A stretch of DNA of 64,000 bases, from positions 941,985 through 1,005,984 of the forward strand of contig MU057887.1 of assembly GCA_013265495.1 (NCBI GenBank). The letters run 5' to 3'. Source of the stretch: Vicugna vicugna. Lineage: Eukaryota. Numbering within the stretch: position 1 is the stretch's first letter; every line of letters begins with the position of its first letter. Below the pieces are notes generated by a model. That model did no database searches and was not told the DNA's origin. It saw only the letters and a list, made by a program, of their open reading frames with translations. This document shows positions 1 to 12,372 of the stretch, one piece after another. Both the position numbers and the translations under genes were made by a program.

Positions 1-3000
1 CGCCTCCCCCATGTCGACTGTCCAGTCCTCAAGCCCAGCCCTGCCGTGGCTTCCTCTCCTCGCAAAGCTCAGAACTGAGGTCACAGGCACAGTAGGAGGG
101 AGGGGTAGAGCCGAGCTTCGAACCAGTGGGGACTCCAGAGCGCACTTTCTTGACCACTAGGCCACCCTCTCCAGAGACGTGAGTGGCCGGTGTCAGGTCC
201 ACCTTCCACAGCACACGTGACTCCCTGTGCCCCGAAGGGCATGGGCCACTGGAGAGGGGCTCCCAGAACATCTGACTCATTCTTGCTCCCCCGTTCATCC
301 ACTGTGCAGCCAGCAGGTCAGGCATCTACTGTGTGCACGCTGGGCCCTTGGAGAGCTTTCAGCTCAGCCTCTGCCCTCAAGGACTCGCAGTCCAAAGGGG
401 GCACAACAGCATAAACCAGTAAATCTCCTGGGGCAGCAAGGGCCCTCCGACAGGCCCACCTGGTCCTCCTTCTCCAATAACTCCTCCTTGTCTTCTCTTG
501 ACAAGCTTCTGCTCCCTCATCACCTTCTTCAGGAAGCCCTCTTGACCTTCAGGCTGGGCTCCAGGACCCCCACGTCTCTGTCGTCAGGGCCCTGCCTAGA
601 GAAGAAGCAGGGAGGGCTTCCCAGAGGAAGGGAGCAGGAGCTTTGTCTCAGACGGTGAGCAGGAGTCAGCCTGGCAGAGAAGGGAAGCGAGGACCCAGAT
701 GGAGTCTCAGGTCAGACAGGGCCATGGTGGGTGGGGGGCTTGGTGTGGGCAGAGAGCTGTGGTCCGTGCAGCAGGGAAGTCAGCAACCTCTCTCCCTGCG
801 TTGGGCCTGGAGGGAGACAGGGAGACTTCTGAAGGCCACAGAGGAGGAGCCTCCGGGCACCAGAGGACCAGTCCTGCCTCCACCCTTCTCTCCCAGGATG
901 CTGAGCTCAGCCCCCAAGGCTCAGGGGAAGTTCCATATTGCAGACCTGGGAGAGAGGCTGGACAAGGCTTATCGCCCTGTGGGCGGTGCCAGGCCTCCTG
1001 CCACGTGGCCCAGGACGGGTCAGGTGGAGCAGGGGCTGGTCCGTTCACCCTCATGTTACAGCTGGGCCACAGAGGCCTCGGAGCAGGGCCTGAATAGCCC
1101 CTGGGGCTGCAGGCTGGGGGAGAGAGCACTGAGCTGGGGGTTCTCAGCTCCCCATCCTCCAGGGCTCTGCCTTCCCCCAGGGCTGCCTCTTTCTCCCACT
1201 GGCAGGCAGAGCAACCCCTGCCCTTGGGGGACGCTGGCACACGACTGGCCAACGTGGGAATCATGGGGGCTTGTCACACCGGGTTTTGGAAGAGCTGTGT
1301 CCTCCCAATTCTATTTTACAAAGAGGGAAATAGGCCCAGAGAGAAGTAACTGGCCTGCCGGAGACCCCAAGGTGGGCAGCCGCCTAATCAAGTGGCCCCC
1401 AGGTCCCCAGTGCTGAGGGGAGACACCCTCCTTGGGACGAGGGCTGATGATGGCTCTTTCTCATGGGGGTGGGGGATGAGGGTGGGGAGACTGGAGAGAG
1501 GGGAGGAGGAGAGGCCGGGACCCTGGCAGAGGGAGGGCCACGTCTGACCAGACCTCTGTGGGGCTGTGCCTGGCCACCAGCCTCAGAGGCAGGGAGGGCG
1601 CAGCTTCTGCTAAAAAGCAAAGGAACACCTGCTGGTCGTTAAACCCACACCCACGACTGGTTTGGCCAGTTCTTAATGTCCTCCTCGAGCCTGGGTTGGC
1701 TCATTGGACCTGACGGGTGATTCTGCCAGGCCTACTATGCGCCAGCCTACACTTTAGTGGGGAGGGGACTCGGCCCTGGGCTGGCCTGGGCTTCATCGCC
1801 GGGTCTGTAAAATGAGGAGTTGCCTCCAGTCACTGAGAGCCCTGCAGCCCCCACTTAGGGACAAGGCCTGGCGCCCAGGGCTAGAGAGGAGCCAGCGCTG
1901 ATTCTCCGCCTACCGTGTGCCCGGCGCTCAACCAAGGGGTCTCACACCCACCAGGAGTCTCACGCCCCTGGCTTGGTGAAGCCTCGCTCCAGCCTCGGAT
2001 GGCTGTCTCTTAGGCAAGTGAGCAGATGCTCTAAGAGGGGCCTGTAAATTACAGAGATCTGGAGGGCCCCCCAGGGGGCTCTCCCTCCAACCACCCTCCT
2101 CCTCCAAGCTCAGGAACCTTCTGTGGCTCCCCATTGCCCAGAGAATGGAGTCCAAACTCCAGGGTCTGGTGTTCCTGGGGTGCCAGAATACACTCCTTCC
2201 TCCTTCTGCTCGGCAGCAGCTCTTCCCAGGTGGATGGCTTGGCCTGGGAGTGAGCTGGGGCCAGGAGGCAGGACGAACGGGGTCTGCGGTCCCCGTGACC
2301 AGCTGTGCCCCGCGTGCCTGGCAAGTTAAGTCGCTTGTCCCTCGGGAGAAAGGGAGACACCTGTGAATTAGGGACAGAGGTGCCTGGAAAGCTCCCCTCC
2401 TGGCCCACATCCACCACCACACGGTGCTGCCCAGCACATGCCCATGCTCCAGCCAACCTTAATCTTCACTTGGCACTTTATAGTTTGCAGAAGCTTTCTG
2501 CCCATTGCCTGACCTGGCCTCACTCTCTCTCTGGGCAGGGCTGAGACCCAATTCACAGGTGAGGGCACAGGGGTTCAGAGTGGGGGTGACCTGCTCAAGG
2601 TCCCACAGGGACTCAGCTCCCCTCCTCCCCACGCCCCCCACCCCGAGCCTGCAGTAGCGCTGATGGGGGCTTCTCTCTAGGGTGGCTGCGGGAAACCAGC
2701 AGTGGGAGATGTCCGCCTTGGGGGAAGAAGGACCCCCACCCTGGCTGCCACCAGCCTGGTCTGGCTGATAAAGTGGTTAATGGTCAACCCACAGCAAGGA
2801 ATTCCCCCCTCCCCACTCCCCCAACAGACACACACTCACCACAAGCCTGAGAAACAGCACCAAACTCACAGACAATGGGGAGGGGAGGACAGGTGCCCCT
2901 CCCCCACCTGCCTTGCCACCCAGGGGCCCACTGGGGCCTGGCACTGCCAGCTGAGCTGAGCAGACACCCCAGACAGCGGGGCCGCTGCAGGCAGCCCTTC

Positions 3001-3054
3001 CTACTGTGGTGCCACTTACAAAGAGTATTTGCCATTTTTCTGAACTAAAAGGAA

Positions 3055-3940
3055 GTTACACAAGACTTACTAGAAAGCTACAGTAACGCACAACACACGA
3101 GGCTGTCTAGCTACGGTCGTCCGGACAGTGCGGTATCGGCAAAAGGACAGGCACACAGACCAGTGGGGCAGAACACAGAGCCCAGAAAGAGACCCACGTA
3201 AGTACAGGTGCCGGGCCTTTGACCAAGGAGCAGAGGCAACACAATGGAACAAAGATAAGTCTCTTCGACAAACAGCACTGGAATAGCTGGTCACCCACAT
3301 GCAAGAGAAGAATCTAGATCCAGGCCTTACACCCTTCACAAAAATTAACTCAAAATGGATCTTAGGCCTAAATGTAAAACTATAACGCTTCTAGAAAGCA
3401 ACACAGGAGAAACCTAGGTGATCTTGATCATGGTGATGACTGCTTAGATATGGCACCAAAGGTGTGATCCAGGAGGAAAAAACTAGTTAGCTGGACTTCA
3501 TTAAAATCAAACACTTCTCTGTGAGAGACACTGTCAAGAGAATGAAGAGACAAGCCACGGACTGGGAGAGAATTCCTGCAAAACACGTCTGATAAGGGCC
3601 TGGGATCCTCACTAAGCAAAGAACTCTTAAAACTCAACAATAAGAAAGTGAACAACTCAATTGAGAAATGGGCAAAAGGTTCGAAAAGCTACCTCACCCA
3701 AGATGATAAATGAGCATATGAAAAGATGCTCATCACCATAGATAACCAGGGAAATGCAACTTCAAACAACGGTGAGATACCAATAGACATGTATTAGAAC
3801 GCTGGAACTCCAGAACTGACAACATCGAATGCTGGTGAGGATGTGGAGCAACAGGAACTGTTGTTCATTGCAGCTGAGAATGCAGAATGGTGCAGACGCT
3901 TTGAAAGAGCATTTGGTGCTTTCTGACAAAATTAAATGCA
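3055..3940 (+). mobile_element. Old L1 fragment (ORF2 3' region), left part
   Basis: Decayed L1 ORF2 hallmarks such as aaagctacagtaa, cacaaaaattaactcaaaatggat, ggacttcattaaaat and catatgaaaagatgctca. Confidence 0.85.
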
Positions 3941-3941
3941 C

Positions 3942-4077
3942 TTTTTTTTTGAAGATTTTGCTGGGGTGGGGGTGATTATTTTTATTTATTTATTTATTTT
4001 AGTGGACATAGTAGGGATTGAACCCAGGACCTCGTGCATGCTAAGCACATGCTCTATCACTGAGCTATAGCCTCTCC
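3942..4077 (-). mobile_element. tRNA-Ala-derived SINE (Vic-1-like)
   Basis: Reverse complement reads ggagaggctatagctcagtgatagagcatgtgcttagcatgcacgaggtcctgggttcaatccc, then (taaa)n and an A-rich tail. A- and B-box-like motifs are present. Confidence 0.85.
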
Positions 4078-4102
4078 ATTTAATAAGATTCTTAAGAGTG
4101 TC

Positions 4103-4262
4103 TTTTTTAAATTTTTTTTGTAATTTTATTTATTTTTTGAAGTGGGGAGGTAATTAGGTTTCTTTATTTATTTACTCATTTTTTTAATGGAGATACTGGG
4201 GATTGAACCTAGGACCTCGTGCATGCTAAGCACGCACTCTACTACTGAGCTATACCCTCCCC
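4103..4262 (-). mobile_element. tRNA-Ala-derived SINE (Vic-1-like), second copy
   Basis: Reverse complement reads ggggagggtatagctcagtagtagagtgcgtgcttagcatgcacgaggtcctaggttcaatccccagtatctcca, followed by an A-rich tail. Confidence 0.88.
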
Positions 4263-4968
4263 TAAACATACTCTTAGCATACATTCCAGCATTCACTCTC
4301 CTTGGCATTTACCCAAAGAAATAAAAAACTTATGTCCCATAAAAACCTGCATGTGGATGTTCCTAGCAGCTTTATTCATAATTGTCAAAACTTGGAAGCA
4401 GCCAAGATATCCTTCGACAGGTGAATGGATAAACCAACTGTGATACATCCAGACAATGGAATATTATTCAGCGCTAAAAAGAAATAAGCTATCAAGCCAT
4501 GAAAATATACGCAGGAGACTCACATGCATTTTGCCAAGTGAAAGAAGCCAATCTGAAAAGGCTATATACTGTATGATTCCAAACCTAGGACATTCGGGGA
4601 AAGGCAAAGCTATGCAGACAGTGAAAGAGCAGTGGTTGAGAGGGGTTGAGGGAGGGAGGGGTGAACAGAGGATTTTTAGGTCAGTGAAGCTGCTCTGTGT
4701 GATACTGTCATGGCGGGTGCATGTCACTATACATTTGTCAGAACCTACAGAATGCGTAACACTGAGTAAACTCTAATGTAAACTAGGGACTTTATGAATA
4801 AAAAGGTGTCAATGTTGGCTCATCAGCTGTGGGAAGTGCATCGCACTAATGGGAGCTGTTAGTGACAGGGGAACTGTAGGGGGACTGGAATATATGGGAG
4901 CTCTGAACTTTTTCCTCTGTTTTTTGAGTAAACCAAAACTGCTCTAAAAAAGTCCATTAAAAAAAAAT
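4263..4968 (+). mobile_element. Old L1 fragment, right part (ORF2 end and 3'UTR, L1M-type)
   Basis: Contains gcagctttattcataattgtcaaaacttggaagc, atggaatattattcagc and aagccaatctgaaaaggctatatactgtatgattcc. Ends in an A run at about 4959-4967. Confidence 0.85.
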
Positions 4969-5039
4969 AGTGACATGAGTTTCAGCCACACACAATAGAA
5001 TGGATGGCTCTCCCAATTTTTGTTTATTGATGCATCCTT

Positions 5040-5190
5040 TTGTTTCCAGCTTGACTGAGATACAACTGACACTAAAAAAGTGTGTGTATTTAAAAGGCAC
5101 AACTCGAGGCTTTGATAATGGACGCTCTGTGCGATGATTACCGCCACCCAGCTAACTCACAGATCCCTCACCTCACGCGGTCAGCTTCCC
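5040..5190 (-). mobile_element. L1MA-type 3' end fragment
   Basis: tgagatacaactgac...gatgattaccgccac...ccctcacctcac resembles the antisense 3' terminus of L1MA elements. Confidence 0.55.
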
Positions 5191-5199
5191 TTACAAATG

Positions 5200-5462
5200 C
5201 AGTAAACACAGAAGCCACACAGCCGAGGGGACAGGCTGTGCGACCCATCCCTGGGAGGTACAGAGCCGGCGGGGGGTGAGGGCTGCGGCCCCGGGGGCAC
5301 CATGGCCAGGAGGAGCTCCAGGGGCCCCGGGAGCTGCCACGTTCTGTTTCTGATCTGGTGCCGCTTACGTGCAGGCTTTGGTTTGTGAAAATTCGTCGAG
5401 CTATTCACTTCTGTGTCCACTTTCCTGTGGGTTATACTTCATTAAAAAGTTCCAGAAAAAAT
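5200..5462 (+). mobile_element. Old L1M 3' end fragment
   Basis: gttctgtttctgatctgg...tttgtgaaaattcgtcgagct...ttatacttcattaaaaagtt matches a typical old L1 3' terminus. Confidence 0.55.
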
Positions 5463-8400
5463 AGTCTTTGTGGCGGAAAACTGGAAATCCCAGAAAAGGA
5501 GAAGGAAGGTGGCTCCTCCCGTCCATACGTTCCCCACCGGGAGGGGTCCTGGACTTGGGGGGCTGGGGAAGGGACATCTCGTGCAGACGGCTTGCCCCCT
5601 GCCCGGCACTTTGGGCTCTGGGCCGGGCGGGGGTCTCTTTGGGGCTAAGCTCTAGGCCCGCCGGGAGGAGGGTCAGCTGTCCTTGGGAGAGCCTCCCAGC
5701 ATGGGTGAATCACTGCATCTTGGAAGGATGTTCTCTTGGTTCGGGAAACACCCCCTCGATGCCACTGAGGCCAGGCCCAGGGACGGGGAGATTCGGTTCC
5801 CATCCCCCAGGGGCTCCCAGGGCTGGCGGCGCCAGCAGCGGGGACCTGGGTGTCGAGGGGCAGGGCTGCCCAGGGCTTCCCTGGGCTAGGCACTTGAATC
5901 CTCCCTGGGCACCGCAGAGGCTCTGCATGGACCCCAGGGTGCCCCTTGTCTCCTGAGAGGCAGTGGCAGGGCCGGGGCCTGGGCCAGGGCTGGGGCTGGG
6001 CCGGTGACATCATGAATTGAGCTTTGGCAGCTCCTTCCCGACCTCGGAAACCCCAACATCCCGCTCCAGGAACTGGCCTGTGGATTGGCTTTGGCCGGCT
6101 GCCCCAGGAGTGCGGCGGGGAGGCCCCGGCCCCACAAGCCCCCAGCGGCCTGTCTCTGAGGCCTCCCTCTCCTTTGGGGGCTCCTGTGGAGCCTGCACCA
6201 GTGTGAGAACCAGCGGGGTCAGCTCCCTCGGTCCCCGCCCCCGCCACCTCCTTTAAGGGCAAGAAAAACAAACAGCTGTCCCCTCCTCTCCGCAACTGGA
6301 ACCACTACCACAGCCGTGGCCTCAGACCAAGCTGTGGGGCTGACTCATCGCCCGCCGGGGCAGGGGCGGCGAGAAGGGGCCCAGGGCTGCCCCGGGGAGC
6401 CCTGCGGTGACCTCAGGCCAGGCCCACCCCTCCCTGCGCCCCACACTCTTCACTGCACCAGCACGACAGGTGGGGTAGTCACCCCTCCCGCCGCAGCCCA
6501 GCTTTTGCGAGGCTGGCTGGTGACCATCAGCCCGGACCTCCCCCGGCCTCCGTGGCCTTGCTGCCTGAACCAGGGGCAGGTCCGGACACTCTCGTTCTGT
6601 CCACAGATGTGGGCCGTGGCGATGGTGCCTGCGCCTCTGGGATCCAACCGGGGGCCACAGCCAGCAAAAGGCCTCATGTGGCAGGGCAGGAAAATGGACT
6701 TTTCAGAATGATTTTTAACGAAGGTGGAAATGGCATGGACCTCCCATTGGGCCTGGCCCAGACAGGGGTCTGAGGGTCCCGAGGTGCCACAGCCAGGTCA
6801 TCTGGCTCCAAATCCCCTCCGTCCCTCCTTCTCCGCCTTTCTCCCCACCTCCCTCCCTCCTTCCTTCTGTCCATGGATAACCTCCCAGTCTCTCTGAGCG
6901 GGCTCCCTCCTTATCACTACAACTGCATTAAAGTCTGGGCACCTGGCCCTCCCTCCGTGCCTACTCCGTGCTGGGCTCTGAGTCCTAGGACAGGACCCCA
7001 ACCTGGCCTGGGGACAGATTAGGACAGGGACGAGCTGGAGAGCTGGGGTGTGTGGCCTGCAAGGCTGCCTGCTGTGAAAGCCCTATGGGCGGCTGTCCAC
7101 CTTGAGGCTGGTCTCAGGAGAGGCTCCGCTGGTCCTGCCCCAGGAGGAGGTGGCATCCAGGGATCGGGGCTGGGGGGTGTCAGCCGGGAGGGGGCGTGCC
7201 AGGCAGAGGGAGCGACGGGGGCAAAGGTTCAGAGGTCTGCTGCGGCTGGAACGGAGCCACAGGGAAGCGTGCCTTTGGGGCAGTGTGGGATGCTTATCCA
7301 GGGCCAAGGGAGCTCCAGGGAGGCCAGCCAGAACTACTCACCCCGGCTCTGGGGGGTGACGAGGGAGGGCCCGGAGGCCGAGCAGAGGGTTTGGCGGGGC
7401 CAGGCGGATCAGAGGGCAACTGGAGTCCCTGCTGGGTTCCCACGCTGGACAGCGGGCAGGTGTGGCCTCGGGGTCAGCGAGCGGCGGGAGGCTGGGGAAA
7501 GCTGGGGAAAGCCGGTGTCTGGCCAGGGCGGGCGGCAGGCGCATCAGCCAATTAACCTGCAGTCGCCCAGGGAGGTGCTAAGAGGACTTGCCTTTTGTCC
7601 GGCTAATTACTCTGAGTCTCCACTTTTCCTTTCCTGGGGAGCCCAGGCCCTTTGCAGAGCTTTAATTAAAAGGAAGCCGCTTTCTCAATTACCCCAAGGG
7701 TGGGGCAACCAGTGAAAACCCCAGGGTCACTCTCCTGGGCCCAAGCAGAGGGTCTGGGGCGTCTTCCCAGGGCCCGGGATTATCCGCCCGCAGACAGGGA
7801 AGCTGAGGCCCCAGAGGGGAGATTCTGTGCTGAGGCCAGAGGCCCACCAGCGCTGCTCTCCAGGCCCCTCCGAGCTCCGAGGCATCCCTGGTAAAAGGCA
7901 GGAGCCCCAGCGGATCGCAGGAGTGAGGCATGGCTGTGATGGCCGTGAAGTCACACAGGGGCTCTCCCAGGTCGGGACAGCAGGGCCACTTCCTGGGCCC
8001 CACCAGACCCGAGGGTTGCGGGGCAAGAGTCAGTGAGTCCCCCCCCGGCCCCCGGCCCTACTGAGCACCCAGAACGTCAGAGGATGTTCACTGCTTCAAG
8101 GGGAATGGCTTGAGGACACAGAGATCAAACCACGTCCCATTCTGCAAGTGCCTTTCCTACAGCAGCCATCACCCCAGGCAATGAGGACCTCGTGGGACCC
8201 TGACGTCACCTGCCGGGCGGGCACAAGCCCCACTAACAGATGAAGAAAAGGCCTGTGGGTGTGCACGGACCCGAGGCTGACGGGAACCTGTCCCCAAGGG
8301 GCCCAGGCCAGGATGAGGCTGGGAGCTGTCGGCGCTGAGGGCAGCGGGTCTGGTGCCGGGAGGAGGAGGGCGCTTCCAACGGGCCGACTCGAGCCCGGAC

Positions 8401-11400
8401 GGGCTCACTCACAGCCCAGGTTCAGAGCGCCTCTCGACTAACTGCCCTGCTCACAGCTGCCATTTTTGAGCAGCGAACACAGGGCCAAGCGCTTTCTGTG
8501 CACCTGGCCGGCTTCTCCACACGGGCCTTCTAGTCCTCACAGAGTGAGAGGTGAGACAAACCTCACTTTACAGAGGAGGAGATCGACGCCGGGAGAGGTA
8601 GGCCGCCCAGCCCTAGCCCCAGGTGGTGACGAGGACACAGGCTCCAAGAGAGGCCACGCCGTCCCACCCTGGCCTGCCGCTGGGGGAGCCCCCAGGGCTG
8701 GTCCTGGCGGGAGGAGGGCACAGCACTGGGGTGAAGTGGTAGTGGCTTGCCACCCGAAGCCCCTGCTCCTGCCTATGTCTGCATAGCACCTGGGGCTTCC
8801 TGAAAGAGGTGACTGATGAACCGCTCTTATATGATGTGCAAGCATTTGCCCAGCAGAGAGGACTAGAAGGTCACCTTGGGCAAGGACCAGTGAGCCTGTA
8901 GGGCCGAGGAAGCAGTGGCACCAAGAAGGAAGGGGTCTGAGGTACCATGGGTTTGAGAATAGGCCACTTGTGTCGTGTTTACAGGTCCTGCAGGACCCAG
9001 GGATCCGCTGGGGTGTTCAAAGACCCAGTGGCCATCAAGGCCCTGGGGATGGGGGCCTGGGCTGACCCTTGTCTGGCCGCCAGCACAGCCTGCTTGGGTG
9101 TGGCGTGGGACTCCCCTGTCCGGCTCAGGCGGTCTGCCTGGCGGGAGTTCCCGCATCCGTTCTGCCATCCTTCCCTCACCAGTTCCTTCCCTCTCTCCTC
9201 CATCCATCACTCACTCATCCGTCTGTGCAGCCATCCGTAGTTCATTCTTTCACTCGCTACCTTTGGGAGGCCTGAGGGCAGGTGCTGGCTATGCGCCCAC
9301 AGGGGACAGATCTCCCTGACAAAGCTGAAACCAGCCGTGGCCGACGCCCTGAGAGCCCAGGGCCAGAAGCCTGAGAGTGTCCCCCGGATCGGACACCCCG
9401 ACATCATCAGCCGCGCCGGGGGCTTGCCACATTTCTTGGTGGAAGCAGAGTTGGTGGTCCAGGCTTGGCACCTGCACACTCTGGACCCAACCCCCACTGG
9501 CCTCCAGTGCTCTCCTTGCCCGCTCTCAGCTCCCTGAGCTTTCCAGCCCTTGGCCTTGGCTCTGGAAGCCCCTCCCCATCTTTGCCAGTCAGATCTCAAA
9601 AGTTGAATTCAGCCTCAGAAATCTGAGGTTGGCCCTCTGAGTCCCACTGCCCTGCCTCCCCCGGACCTTCTCTCTGGGCCCTGGATCTTGGTCTGGTCTC
9701 CTCCCCACGCAGCTCAATCAGGCAGAACCAAGCCTTTCTCACCCAGCAGGGTCCAACCAAGAGGTCTAGGGTCATGGTGATGTTGGCTGGTGGGGTGCAC
9801 CATTGCCTCCTGAGAGCCATCCACCTCGAGGCTCCCCCATGGGGCACAGACGGACTCGCCAACTTGCCTGGCTCTGTCCAGACCTCCCCTCTCCACGGGG
9901 CGACAGAGCACCAGGCCTCCCTGGAAGCTGCAGGTGGATCACCCCCCGTCACCCCAGGTGAGCCAGCCTGCACCCAGTAACAAAGCTCCCTTGTGCCGCC
10001 CGCCCCGACCCGCGACCTCAGTGACTAATCAGCATGCTTAAAGGCCCCCGAGCATTTCTGAGGCTTGTCTTTCATGTGAGTTGCACTTAGGAACCTTTGA
10101 GCACAGAACCTCCTGGTTTTGGCTTTTGGCAGGGACTTACCCTCAGGGTCCCAGGCCAAGTGCGGGCTGATGGGACGGGTGCTGGGCTGCTCCGTCGCAG
10201 GCCGCCCCGTGGGTTTGCAGAAGCTAAGAGCCCAGCTTCCGGGGGCCTTTGTTTGGGGGGAGCCCAGGGGCCAGGGCACCCGTGCAGCCTGTCTGGCCCG
10301 TGGCAGATGACGTCCCTCTCTGAGCCTCACGCACCCTCCGTGAAATTGCGGGGCAGGACTCCCTCCGTGGTGCTCCAACTTTCTAAGTAGCAGAGTCCTT
10401 TTGTCAAACTAAGCCTTCTGTGGAACCCCAGCTTGTAAAACCCGTCACAGCAGAGCTGCTCTACAGAGGTGTGTCGGAGGAGCCACCGCCCTGAGCCCCG
10501 GGCCACAGGGGACACATCCCAGGGTCCTCCCTTCTCTGCCCCCACCTGGAAATACCATGTAAGTGGGAAAGCACTGCTGGTTCTGTGGCCGCCCTCAAGT
10601 CGGCCACACCAGTGGTTCAGGCCCCACACCCTCCTCCCTGCAAACACGCTGGCTGTCGGGGGAAGAGGGTTTGGGATTCAAACACTCCCTGGAGTTCTGT
10701 GTGGCGAGATCGCGCCTCAGTATTCTATTTGATTTGATTCAAAAGTAATCGCTGAGCCCTAGGGTGTGCTTGGCTCCTGGACATGACAGAACAATGTCCA
10801 GCCACGTTTCCTCTCCCAGAAAGATCCCCTGGACCCTGAGGATGGGCTGAGGGCCTCGTCAGGGTCCCCCAGCCCCGGAGAGTCCCTGGAGCCAGCACTC
10901 TGTTCACAGGGCAGTCAGGCAACAGCGAGAGCCCAGTAGATGCACTCGCTGGACAAAAGCCCCACCCGAACGCCTAGTCTTGCAGTAGCCTGAACCCAGC
11001 CAGGGCCTGGGCCCAGGGGGAGGGGCGGACTGTGTCCCAGCGCCGCTGGAACGGTCTGGTTCAGCCCGCTCGCCGTTTTGCTTTTGCTTTTGGGTATTGC
11101 TGTTTTCTGGTATTCATGGCATTTTCTCATTGAACCAACGTCTGGAAAATATCCATCCATTGATCGGGTCAACAAACATCACTGTATTCCTGGGCTGCGG
11201 TGGTGACAAGCCAGCAGTGGTCCCCTCCCTGGGGCTTACGTGCCGGAGGAACCAACCAGAAGCCTGGGGGACGAGCCAGGTCTGGGGACAGGACAGACAG
11301 TGACTGGGTAGCCTCTGCAGTTTGGAGCCTGGGAGGGTCTCTCTGAGCTGGTGACCGCCAAGCTGAGACTCAAAGCAACAGGGCAGCCACTCAGGTCTTC

Positions 11401-11923
11401 AGGAGCCCATCCCAGGCAGAGGGCACGGCCCCCACCCCAGAGGCAGATGGGAGGACAGGAGGGATTCCAGGGGTCTTGGGCAGCCCCTGAGGAAGATGGA
11501 GGTGAACCAGACAGTCCTGGGCAGGAAGAGCTGGGCAGGGACAGAGCAGAGTCAGGAGAGTGGTAAGAGCCTCTGTTTATTGGACATTCATGCCTCACCA
11601 AGGCTCTGCTGGTGCTCAGGACGGAGGGCCCTCGGAGCCGGGGACCATGGTGACCCCGACCAGCCTCAGGCAAGTGCTTGTTGGTTGGCACACAGCCCAT
11701 GAGCGTGAGCCGAGTTGCCAGGCCCACTCCACCCCAGGGTGGTCCTCACCAGCCAGCCAGCCAGCCAGCAGTCACACCTGGTGGCCTGGGACGCAGTCGT
11801 CACCTCTGCGCTTCTCCCCCAAAACCCAAATTCTGGCTGCAGCAGCCGTGCTTCGCCTTGTGCGCCCGAACACTCTGCCCTCTCCTCAGAAGGAGGTGCC
11901 TCTAGGGGGCGTTGAGGAGTCCG

Positions 11924-12372
11924 GTGTAGCGGGCTGAATAGTGGCCTCAGAGATGTCCAGGTCCTAGTGCCGAGCTCATAAATGTTTCCTTAAACAGTAC
12001 ATGTGATTAAGGGAAGGATCTCGAGATGGGAGGCTATCCTGTATTGACTGTGGGCCCTAAACGCCGTCACAGGTGTCCTTCTGGGAGGGAGTGGAGGGGC
12101 TGGGACACACACGTGGGAGCAGGCCACGTGAAGACGGAGCAGAGAGGTGGGGAGCCACTGGCCAACAAGGCCGGTGTGACGTGGCCACAAGCCAGGGATA
12201 CGGGCAGCCACCAGGCACGGGAACAGCCAGGAGGCAGCCTCCCCTACACCCTGCGAGGGAGGCAGCCCTGCCCACACCTCGACTTTGAACTTCTGGCCTC
12301 AGAAGTGTGAGAGGCTAAATGTCTATTAGGTGAAGCCACCAATTGTGGTCATTCGAGCGGCCCCAGGAAAGA
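11924..12372 (+). mobile_element. MaLR solo LTR (MLT1-like)
   Basis: Contains tgtagcgggctgaatagtggcc, gtgattaag...gagatggg, ggccacgtgaagacggag, gccacaagccaggg, gacttt...ttctggcctc and gaagccacc. Confidence 0.8.

Noticed and set aside
4456..4776. Short ORFs with L1-like peptides (MEYYSALKRN...; similar ones at 36-49 kb)
   Set aside because: These are translations of decayed L1 ORF2 ends and 3'UTRs, not genes.
8201..8208. Perfect CRE palindrome TGACGTCA
   Set aside because: A single 8-mer in 64 kb is close to chance expectation and has no supporting context.
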